Made by a program: the position numbers and the translations under genes. Shown in pieces: positions 1 through 9,083 of a stretch of 46,582 nt of DNA. The stretch's first letter is position 1. Each line of letters starts with the position of its first letter. The DNA is taken from assembly GCA_000320545.1 (NCBI GenBank), contig ADNK01003229.1, forward strand, positions 1 to 46,582, given 5' to 3'. The stretch comes from Bigelowiella natans CCMP2755. Its lineage: Eukaryota > Protista > Cercozoa. Below the pieces are notes generated by a model, which did no database searches, was not told the DNA's origin, and worked only from the letters and a program-made list of their open reading frames with translations.

Positions 1-23
1 TACTGAACGCATCCCTGATATGC

Positions 24-2594
24 TTAGCGTAAGGGAATACGACGAAGTGTAGTGTCTAGCTTAGCATTCAATGCGGTAATGGGGCGGGAGGTTTTGTGGA
101 TGGGTGTCTGCATGTATGATTCATTTTTATCTAGGGAGGAGTAGTATTTGTATCCTATGACGTGTTCAATAACGTCATCTATCCTTGGTGTAGGTGTCTG
201 GATCCTCTTTATTACTCGGTTGTGGCGGATGAAGTTGTGCGCCAGGCGGAAGAAAGGGTAAGTAGGTTTCTTAGCTAGCACATGTCTCACGTTCCATGGT
301 GAGTTGCTTGGCTCTATCTTCCCTTCCTTTGCCCATTCATTGATCTGCCACTCTATCTTTTCCCAGTCCGCTTCCGGTCGCCTATGTTCTGGGTCATTGA
401 TGATGCACTCTTCGTATCCCTTCTTTAGCTCGATCTTTACTGGGGTAAGCTTGCTGGAGGGCTTCGTCGTCGGCTTGGTGATGTCAGAGTACTTCTCGTT
501 TAATATTTTATTAATGTACTTTTTGCCTTTGTCGATATCCCAATCATCAGCTGGGGGGGTCTTGTCCAGTAGCTCCGTTATCTGTCGGATGGTCTTGCCG
601 GGGTTCTTCTTCCGTAGCTCGGTAGGTGTAGGTAGCTTGTTGTCCGCTAGGTCCATAAACTCTAACGCATTAACGCTTGACTCAGAGGTCCACTCGTCAA
701 GCCGTATCATGTTCTGGCTGATGGTCCTGCCTGACTTCTTTGGCAACTTAGCAAAGTATATCTTGTGATTGTAGAATGATATGATCCCCCCTAATTTTTC
801 TAGGGCATCCTGTCCGAGGAGTAGTTCCATGGATAAAGTCATGGCTACTCGGGTCTTGATTTGGGTCTCCGCGTCGCTGCCAGGTATCTGTAGCTTTAGC
901 ATTAGCTCACCGACGGTCTTCATGGAAGAGCTTCCGTCTGCTTGAGCATATTTACGTTCTTTCTTAGTCACTTGATCCAATAGTCCTAACCTTCTTACTG
1001 TGCTTAGGCTTATGAAGGACTTTGGCATGCTGCCACTATCCCAAAGGGCAGGTAGTTTCTTGTAGTCTCCGTAGCTGTCTTTAACTTTAACCTTGGTCAT
1101 AGCAACTTTGATAGTCCTGTTAGCGTCTTCGTCATTAATGTTGCATACTCCTAAGTTCTTTATGTCGTCTAGGGTCATGGGCTTGTCTTGGTCCTGCGTT
1201 GCTGGTACTGCTGTCTTCGTCGGCGCCTGCTTAAGGTGATCTAATATTCCGTTTATCTGCTGCTGTATAGCATTGATACTGTTCTGCTTTTTGTTCTTAT
1301 ATTTATTGTTCTTCCCGTTGTTGCTGCCTTGCCATTTGCTGTTGTTATATCCTTGTCCTCTGCCTTTCTTTCTCTTTAACTTCTCGTAGTGTTCGTTGAG
1401 CTGCCTGATCGTCATCCTGGGTCGTCCTTCTTTCCTGTCTCTGCAGTCTTTAGCGGTGTGTTTCCCTTTACGTGAGCAGTATCCGCAACGTCGGTTACCT
1501 TCCCTGTCCTTGTACCAGTCTCGCTGCGGCTTAATAGCGTTAATGTTTCCTATGCCAGGTACCTTAGGGCTGGTAAACTTGCGGTCCTGCTCCTGCTCGC
1601 GTAGGGATATAGCCTGCACTGCTGCCTCCATCGTGGTGTAGCCTTTCTCCGTAACGTAAGTGGATTCCTTTATCTTTAACTTGAACTCTTCAAACCTTGC
1701 CTGATCATCACCTGTGTTGTAATTAAAATCATGTAGTTCGTCGATCATATCCTGGAAGCGCGTGGCAAAGTCTCTAACAGGTTCTCTCTCATGCTGCATC
1801 ATTGCTCTGTATTTTCTAATAGCCTGGGGTAGGGAGTTAGCATCCTGTTCATTTACAAAAGCCTTCATTATCGCCTCAACGTCTCGTAGCCCACTAACTG
1901 TAGTGTGTATTTTCTCTAGCTGCCTGATCCGGGTCCTGCCTGTCTCGTAAAGGTCCATGGCTTGCTTTATTATAGCTAGCCATTTGAGCTTGTCGTTTTC
2001 GGTGGGGTTAGGGGTAAAGTCGCAGAGTATACTCCTAGCGTTCTTCCACCACCTCCTTGCCTCACCTCTTTTCCCGTTGTATTTCGTTATCATAACCGGT
2101 GCTGTTTTAACAGACATGAACTGGGTGTTCCGCTGTACCGGCTGCTGCTGCTTGACGGTGCTCTGGGTCGTCCCCCGCGAGGCGCCCAGACCCCCGTCGT
2201 TCCTAAACAAAGCTGCCCACTCTGGAGGTAAGTCTGCTTCGTAATCCATGATGTCCTGCATGATAGCTGCCCAAACATCATGTGTCTGATACTTGTATTC
2301 TATCGATACTTTCAGTTTGGCGTAGTTGCTCGCCCTGGGTCGCAAGGCTCGTAATGCCATTACGACCTTCTTGCTTTCGGCGGCCACGTCCTCGTCGTCC
2401 GCCTCGTAGAAGTTCTCCAGTGCCTCTGCTGCTGCATCTGCTTTCTTAATCCCGGGTGCTGGTCCCGGCGGTGCCTGTGGAGGTGTTCCTCCTCCTTCCT
2501 TAGCGTCCGTATCGCCCTTCCTTTCCTGTTTCTGCTCGTGCCCTTGCACGGCCTGCGAGCCAAAGTCCTGCTGTTCTTCTAGCTGCTGTGACAT
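24..2594 (-). CDS. Gag-Pol polyprotein (capsid-like region, zinc knuckle, aspartic protease, N-terminal part of reverse transcriptase)
   Basis: 856-aa ORF. It has a Cys/His knuckle CGYCSRKGKHTAKDC (1443-1487) and a protease LWDSGS...LLLGQDAL. The RT start reads EGKIEPSNSPWN...FRLAHNFIRHNRV...TPTPRIDDV...YYSSLD. The stop at 24-26 falls inside RT. Confidence 0.88.
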   Translation of the reverse strand: MSQQLEEQQDFGSQAVQGHEQKQERKGDTDAKEGGGTPPQAPPGPAPGIKKADAAAEALENFYEADDEDVAAESKKVVMALRALRPRASNYAKLKVSIEYKYQTHDVWAAIMQDIMDYEADLPPEWAALFRNDGGLGASRGTTQSTVKQQQPVQRNTQFMSVKTAPVMITKYNGKRGEARRWWKNARSILCDFTPNPTENDKLKWLAIIKQAMDLYETGRTRIRQLEKIHTTVSGLRDVEAIMKAFVNEQDANSLPQAIRKYRAMMQHEREPVRDFATRFQDMIDELHDFNYNTGDDQARFEEFKLKIKESTYVTEKGYTTMEAAVQAISLREQEQDRKFTSPKVPGIGNINAIKPQRDWYKDREGNRRCGYCSRKGKHTAKDCRDRKEGRPRMTIRQLNEHYEKLKRKKGRGQGYNNSKWQGSNNGKNNKYKNKKQNSINAIQQQINGILDHLKQAPTKTAVPATQDQDKPMTLDDIKNLGVCNINDEDANRTIKVAMTKVKVKDSYGDYKKLPALWDSGSMPKSFISLSTVRRLGLLDQVTKKERKYAQADGSSSMKTVGELMLKLQIPGSDAETQIKTRVAMTLSMELLLGQDALEKLGGIISFYNHKIYFAKLPKKSGRTISQNMIRLDEWTSESSVNALEFMDLADNKLPTPTELRKKNPGKTIRQITELLDKTPPADDWDIDKGKKYINKILNEKYSDITKPTTKPSSKLTPVKIELKKGYEECIINDPEHRRPEADWEKIEWQINEWAKEGKIEPSNSPWNVRHVLAKKPTYPFFRLAHNFIRHNRVIKRIQTPTPRIDDVIEHVIGYKYYSSLDKNESYMQTPIHKTSRPITALNAKLDTTLRRIPLR

Positions 2595-2610
2595 TGTTAG
2601 TCAAATCGTT

Positions 2611-2628
2611 TCCCGTGTGTGGAAGCCA
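2611..2628 (-). other. Primer-binding site (PBS) of the retrotransposon
   Basis: The minus strand reads TGGCTTCCACACACGGGA, 5 nt after the LTR end. Its complement looks like a tRNA 3' end (..CCCGTGTGTGGAAG-CCA). The tRNA species was not determined. Confidence 0.7.
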
Positions 2629-2633
2629 AAGGT

Positions 2634-2959
2634 TGTTGCGCGTAAGGTGTTCACAGGCCGAGGCGCTACGTGCACAAGTAGGCAGGGGGGGGGAAAGGCA
2701 CGTTTGCTTCCTTTTGAAGAGTTGTGTTTATTTTTATTAAAGATTATATTTTTATTAAATCGTGCACTGCGTAATCATTCGCGAAGCTTTCGCGAATGCC
2801 GCCGCACGTGGGGCAGCACACTTCCGGTGTGCTGCCATGAGTCCCGCCGGAACCCACGTGCCTATGCTGTATTAATATCTACGTTATCTATATTCTATAT
2901 CCGCGACAACCCCTTTGTTGTCGCACGTGACTTGTGCCCGCGTAGTGGTACGCGCTACA
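2634..2959 (-). repeat. 5' LTR (326 bp)
   Basis: TG...CA ends with an 11-bp terminal inverted repeat (TGTTGCGCGTA vs TACGCGCTACA, 10/11 match). AATAAA-type signals lie on the minus strand near 2728-2760. It abuts the PBS. Confidence 0.82.
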
Positions 2960-3647
2960 GACAGGTGTGTGTGTGGTGCGGCTGAAAGGATCTTTGGACG
3001 TGCTGACGCGGGACTTCAAGAACTTCCTTCGCTAATCATCATAGTGGCAATTATGGCGGATATCCTCATGATCTTCCGGGACGACACAAGGTGATCATAC
3101 AAATTCGTCATTTGTCGATTGAGCATACCCGAGACAAATCATTGCATAGTTTGTGAACACATATGAGACACCGAGAAACGGCCTTTGTGCTGCCCAGGAG
3201 ATCATAATAGCCTAAATGAATATGGTGAGGACAGGATTTAAGGAACAGTTGCAGATAGGGGCTTACTTGGAGCAGCACTGTCAGCGCGACCCATAGCATG
3301 TGTGTTGGTTCTTTCCCGTTCTCACTGCTCACCGAGCACCGATGCAATATGAAGAGTATTGCCTGTAACTTCTTATGTGCGACATGTACTTGATCATGTC
3401 GCAAAATAAAAATGTAGCGGTAAAAATGTCCCAAGAGCCCTTGTGTTTTTCGTTCATGGCCTTGTCGTAATCATAAAATGTAGGGGGAAATCCATAATTC
3501 CTCGTCGCTGAAAGATGCCTCGTTGCCCCCGCAACTTGACGAACCGAACTGTATTTCGTCGCCCGCGACTGGTTAAGGAAAAAATCGAGCAGGGGAGTCA
3601 TTTTGTCAGCGGCTTAGGCACCTCGAGTAAATATTAATCCTCGATAG

Positions 3648-5374
3648 ATGTCCCGAGATGTAGATGAAGGAGTTAATATTGAAGGAGCTATCATTGAAAA
3701 GGTGACTGAGGAAGGAAAGAGTGCACACGATCACTCTTCACAAAAGTCAATAACTACTCAGAAAGATCGACAGTTCTTGCGGCAAATGGTACCCCGAGAT
3801 GTGGAGGAAGGTGCTATCGTTGAGGGAGTTATCACTGAGGAGGAGGTAAAGACATCCACCCAAAACGACCAACAGCCTCTGCGGCAGATGAAGCCCCAAG
3901 ATGCGGGAGAAGGGGCTATAGTCGAAAAATCCACCGTTGAGGGAGGTAGATAGCTAATAAAGTCGTTAATGTGAACGCCATTATGTCAACTTTTGACAGC
4001 GAACTTAATCAGCACGAGGAGGGATGGGCTATTATCTGAATCCATTTGACACAATTCTGCAGGACTTCGAAGCCCAACTAGCGTCAATACAGGGGATGAG
4101 CCGCATACATCCATTTCACGAGTCTTCTCATCAGAACGTCATAACTGATCCAAGAAAACACTCGCCAAACCCAGTTCTAACTTGGATTCTCGAAATATTT
4201 AGAGTCTTCGTCGAAGAAGCTGAAAAGGGCGAAGATGCGACATAGCCGGGAAGCCATTAGCAATACGAAATTACCAAGAAAGGTGTGGGTACAGCTCAGG
4301 AAGATGCTCAAAAGCAAACGGGTGATAGAACAACATACTTTAGATTGCCACGTCCCACTACTGACATTTGTTTGTATTCATTCTTTGCCATTATTAACGC
4401 AGGTTTATGGCCTTCCAGGTACAAACGGCAGCTTCTACAGCAATTTTGTCGCATATTCACACCAAAATCACATTCTCTTGGCCATGTGGTATGCCCATCC
4501 CCAACACACATTTTCGAGAAAGGATCGCAATGTGTACTTTCTCAATTCTATCTTGTGGTTGTTCTTCGTCACCGCGTTATTCTCACTCAGCATAGGGAAT
4601 TCATCCCTCTCTTCGCTCCTTTCCGCCACTTTTGGACTTGTCTACGACGCCATCCTGCTGAGGCTGCTCAATTGCAAGCTGTGCTACAAGTCCGCAGTCT
4701 GGGAGGAACGAAGCTCAAGAGTTGGACATTTCGTTGTCAGTGTGCTATCCCTCGGAAACATTCTTTGGCTGATCTTCGGGATCGTTTTCGCTGTGAAGAT
4801 AGGTGGGAGCTTCGTGCAGGACTGGCTTCTTGCACAGGCCATTTCATGGGCAATGAATCTAGGAAAAACCTCTTTGTGGGTGGCTTTCCGTTTTAGAAAA
4901 CACAAGCGAGAATTTGAAGCAAGCGTTGCTCGTCTGCACATCCTCCCCGACACCTTGCCAATGCCGGAGTCTCCAGCTGAAACCAAAATTGACGCTAGCT
5001 TCTGTCACAGCAGCAAGGCTGTTGGATCAAAAATAAAATCAATAAGTGATGTTGCATCCTTTGTCAGATTCAACATGAAAAGTAACGATATCTGTGAGGG
5101 CGCAAATACAAAACTTTTAACCGATGGCGAAGATGGCAAGTTAAACAATCCAGCTGCAACTTCGAGTGCAAACTGTGTTATTGCAGTAGTTAAAATAGCG
5201 AAGAACACGACAGCAACACAGGCAGATTGGGAGGCATGGTTTCCAAAAACACAACCACCGTTGCTAGGACCATATTTTTGCTTCTGTGACCCAGGACATC
5301 CACTCATCAAACACTTAAAACCAGTCGGTGGTAAAGAAGGGAAACGGGAGGTGAAACAGGGGGATATATTGTAG
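3648..5374 (+). CDS. Multi-pass membrane protein with polycystin/PKD-like TM block; acidic repeat N-terminal exon; 5' exon structure uncertain
   Basis: ORF 4235-5374 contains NHILLAMWYAHPQHTFSRKDRNVYFLNSILWLFFVTALF followed by several hydrophobic helices, which resembles the H-x-W...F-[ST]-R TM1 region of PKD1-like proteins. A plausible GT..AG intron (about 3946-4000) would link the acidic ORF 3648-3953. Confidence 0.5.
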
Positions 5375-6589
5375 GCAATAGTGCTGACCATTAGCTATGC
5401 TGTTGTAGTCCGTCTGTTCGCATCGTCCTACGCGTACTAAGGCTAGTAATGGCTATACCAAAGCTAGGCCGGTAGTGAAGCATGTACACTCCACGCTCTT
5501 GCTAGATGCTAGGATGGCACATTCTAGAGAGCGCAAAACAATGGCCAGAAAATTCATTTTCGTGCTTTTGCTACGATGTAGTTTTGTTTGAAACAGTAAA
5601 TATCTTCGGCATGCACATTTTCACATCATGACACTTGAGCAAGATGTTTAGAGACATCTGTTGGTATGATTGAATCATCTTGCTAGCTTGACTAAGAAAG
5701 TGTCCGATTTTTCATCTTCATCTTTGGTGGCGAGCTAGCTAGCCCTAGATCTAGCCATGTCATGGCGCAATATGTACGTACACATGCATATGTTGCAGCT
5801 TCGATTGTAGCTACATCTGCTCCACCAGCATGTACGTAGCTGCGCCAAGTGTTGGTAACTAGCTAGCTAGCATTGGTCTAGGTCGTGATCGTGTTTAAAA
5901 AAAATCATTTAGTGCAAACTGGCTGGCCTAAAATTTGCTACTAATCGTTGAAGTGATATTATGGCACACAGAGAATGCGGCTACATGTACGTAGCAGCGA
6001 TCGTGGTCAATTCAATTTTCGAATTACTTATGCTGCGATCCTGGAAAATGGTTGACGAATTTTATGGTCACATCCGGAAAATGGCGCACGAACTGAACCT
6101 TAAAGTCAGGAAAATGTTCCACCTAATTTTTATGGAAGAAAAGTAGAACATAGCGTTGTTGTGATGACAATATAATACATATTGATGCTGTATTCATAAG
6201 AGGCAACAAAAATATGGTAACTTTTTCCAGGCACAAGCCTCATTTCTGCGTCGTACCCGTTTTCGCTTGTTTTTGTTATTATTATTGTTGTATTACCCTC
6301 TTCCACTTGCCAGGTTTGTCGGGAAAATGCTCGACCTCTTCCACATGTATATCAGCAAAATGATTCACAACCTGAACCTAATGAATGAATAATTGGTGAA
6401 TTATGGACCGGCAATAAATGGCATCTTGAAGATAAATATATGTGCACTCAGAATGTATGTGAAGAGGGAGAGAGAGAGAGAGGGAGAGAGAGAGACTGAA
6501 CACATACGTGTGTACGTATTTTAAAATATGATATAATAAATACCTATTATCTCCAGATTTTTTAAAGTGCATATCAATGTGAAATATGT

Positions 6590-6609
6590 ATATATGTATA
6601 TATGTATAA

Positions 6610-6649
<40 letters not shown>

Positions 6650-6661
6650 CACATATATTTA

Positions 6662-6693
<32 letters not shown>
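6590..6693. repeat. (TA)n-(TG)n compound microsatellite
   Basis: Direct reading. Confidence 0.9.
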
Positions 6694-6695
<2 letters not shown>

Positions 6696-6749
6696 TGTAC
6701 AGCATATAACATTAATTGTTCTACATCGTTATGATATGCTAAGGCCCAA

Positions 6750-8294
6750 CCTTGACATCGGGGAAATGGTCAACAACTTTAATCTTTCCGTAGAGTCGAA
6801 GCGACCACGTCTTTGCCTTGTCCTTATCAGACGCACTACCCGATCCTACACATCAGATATTCATCTATGTCACTTTGTCCTTTGAAGCCAAACCAAACTA
6901 TAGCAAGAGTGTTCCCATGTGGCAGCGAACTCGCCGGACAAAAGGAGAGAAACAGGAAAGATACACGCTTCTCGAGCCACCCATCACATCAACGGTGGAT
7001 GCTGGAATTTATATCGAAATGTGAAAGGCACCTGCAGACCCCGCAAGCTCCTTTAAACTCATATTTTTCCTTCTCTCCTCTTGTTCTTTCCTTTCTTTCT
7101 CCCGTCGCTCTCTCTCCTCCGCCTCGCGTTTCCTTCTCAATGCAATCTGCTCGTTGTTCCATCGATTGTATGCGTCTTCGGAGCCTAGTTCTTTTATCTT
7201 CGCCTCTCGAAACTCTGCCGCGGCCTTTGCACGGGCGATGCTGTTAGATATCCATAAAGTAGTGGCGGTTGATGAGATTATCAGGGTGGTCATGATGGTG
7301 ACAGACGACGACGACGACTCTGCATACAACAATACATTTGCGCCCTTTTTAAGTGCCTAGTGATAGCATACCATTGCTGCATGCATGCACCGCCACACCT
7401 GCTGCTACCATATTTATTTATACTCCCTCTTCTTTCCCCTCATCCTCCTCCTCCTCCTCCTCTTTCTCCTCCTCCTTGCATTACAACAGGGGAGGAGGAG
7501 ATACACTACCGCTCTTTCTCCTGGCGCTCTTTTCGCAGAAGCTCGGCGCTTTTCTCAGGAGAACCGCCGGGACAACCCATAATTGCCTTCACCCAGTTAT
7601 CGCGCGACTGCATGCTTTCCGCTTGCAAGTGCATCTCTCTATCTTGGAAGCCTTTCCATCGGAATTTCTGTCAATAACCAATTGCAACAACTGTCACAAG
7701 ACATTAATCGATCGCTACAGAACATTATTTCCTCTCTCCCATGCTCCCCCCCCCCCCCCCCCCGATCGCTTGGTGCCCATTTGCAATGCTACAACGCATG
7801 TAACTTCTCTCCGTCCCCTTCAGAACAACGATGACCCCTTCTTTGTGGAGACGGAAGAATCTGTCCTTGAGCCCGGCATTTAACATGCCTGATTTTCGAA
7901 GCCATCCCTGCTTTAACACCCCTTCCTAAAGAACCACAACTATATGAGGCATTGTACCTCCAATCTGTAAAGCTTTGCTAGAGAGAGAGAGAGAGAGAGT
8001 GTGTGTGGGAGATATTTTTAGAGAGGGCTTCATGCGATGTTGTGTTGCATCTACTGGAAGTCCTGTGTCCGCATTGATGTCTCCCTTTGATGCTGCCGCG
8101 GGGTCATTCGCCTCGGTGAGTGCTGAATGTAAGAGGATAGCACGTATCACGCATGCACAAAGTAGAGCCCCCTAATTCTTGTTCAACCTTGTTTGCTTTC
8201 ACAAGCTCCAGGTTTCGATAATGCCGGGTGCTGGTATTAAGAAACGACACGCATGATAACCATGATGGGCGAGAAATTGATAACATTATTGCTG

Positions 8295-8336
<42 letters not shown>

Positions 8337-8800
8337 GGAGAAAGGAGAGGGGGAGCATGTGTGTGATGATCTCATCGTTGTACATCGTCGGACTTGGTCC
8401 AGTTCTTCTTTTGATCCTGCCGCACTTTCTTATACAGAGCTCCAAAGATCTGATGAAATATGAAGAATCAACAGAGCACTTTATCAATTAACGATGATGA
8501 TACTCGTCCATCCCACAAGGATAAGGTGAACGGCATAGTACGTATGAGATGATGGCGCACGATCTAGATTTTCACTACAGCTGCGCCTAATCGCACCATT
8601 TCACCGATCCCCCCCTGTCATACATACCCCTGACATGGCTTATGCCGGTTTGCCAATCCTTCGGTGTGGGTGGAGGAACGATTGTTCGCTCTTACGATCA
8701 CTATCGTGTTAATGGATATTTTGTTGCATTTTGCAGTCCAAAATACACCTGCGACATAGAATATATGCCGTTTTTTAAACATAAAATATCCAAACAAACG
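6750..8800 (-). CDS. PH-domain protein with a hydrophobic segment and charged coiled coil (multi-exon; ends approximate)
   Basis: The exon near 7919-7830 gives KQGWLRKSGMLNAGLKDRFFRL (PH beta1-2). The exon near 7660-7530 gives REMHLQAESMQSRDNWVKAI (PH C-terminal helix with Trp). ORF 7009-7332 gives a hydrophobic stretch then an E/R/K-rich coil. Confidence 0.62.
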
Positions 8801-8875
8801 ACGACACATCTCTGCCTGCCTGGTGATGAGCGCAGTAGTTATAGCATGAAGTGCTCGGATGCTGCTACTCGCACC

Positions 8876-8876
<1 letters not shown>

Positions 8877-8929
<53 letters not shown>
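8877..8929. repeat. (GAT)n microsatellite
   Basis: Direct reading; it produces the poly-Asp run in ORF 8642-8950. Confidence 0.9.
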
Positions 8930-8932
<3 letters not shown>

Positions 8933-9083
8933 TCCGTTTTGATGATTTAGCAGAAGGGTAGGAGCTAGGAATGTAGACGGATTTTCCCCTCTAGAATCTC
9001 CTCCTCGGTGCCATTCCGAATATGAATACAGTAATCAGTTAATCAATTGACCCATCAATAAGTAGGACGCCACAATTCAAACC

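Larger units (their letters stand above)
1..2959 (-). mobile_element. Ty3/Gypsy-like LTR retrotransposon, 5' portion (runs off the left window edge)
   Basis: On the minus strand the order is LTR (2959-2634), PBS (2628-2611), then one gag-protease-RT ORF from 2594. RT follows the protease directly with no integrase between, which is the Gypsy-type order. Confidence 0.9.

Noticed and set aside
304-2563. Plus-strand and alternative-frame ORFs overlapping gag-pol
   Set aside because: Shadow frames of the retrotransposon ORF with no recognisable motifs.
2960-3640. Coding exons interrupted by the LTR insertion (ORFs 3108-3434 and 3329-3601)
   Set aside because: I could not build a consistent spliced frame or recognise a domain on either strand, so it is left unannotated.
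6043-6141. CRISPR-like array
   Set aside because: The constant part is only 8 bp with 3 units, there are no cas genes, and the context is eukaryotic. Kept only as a periodic motif.
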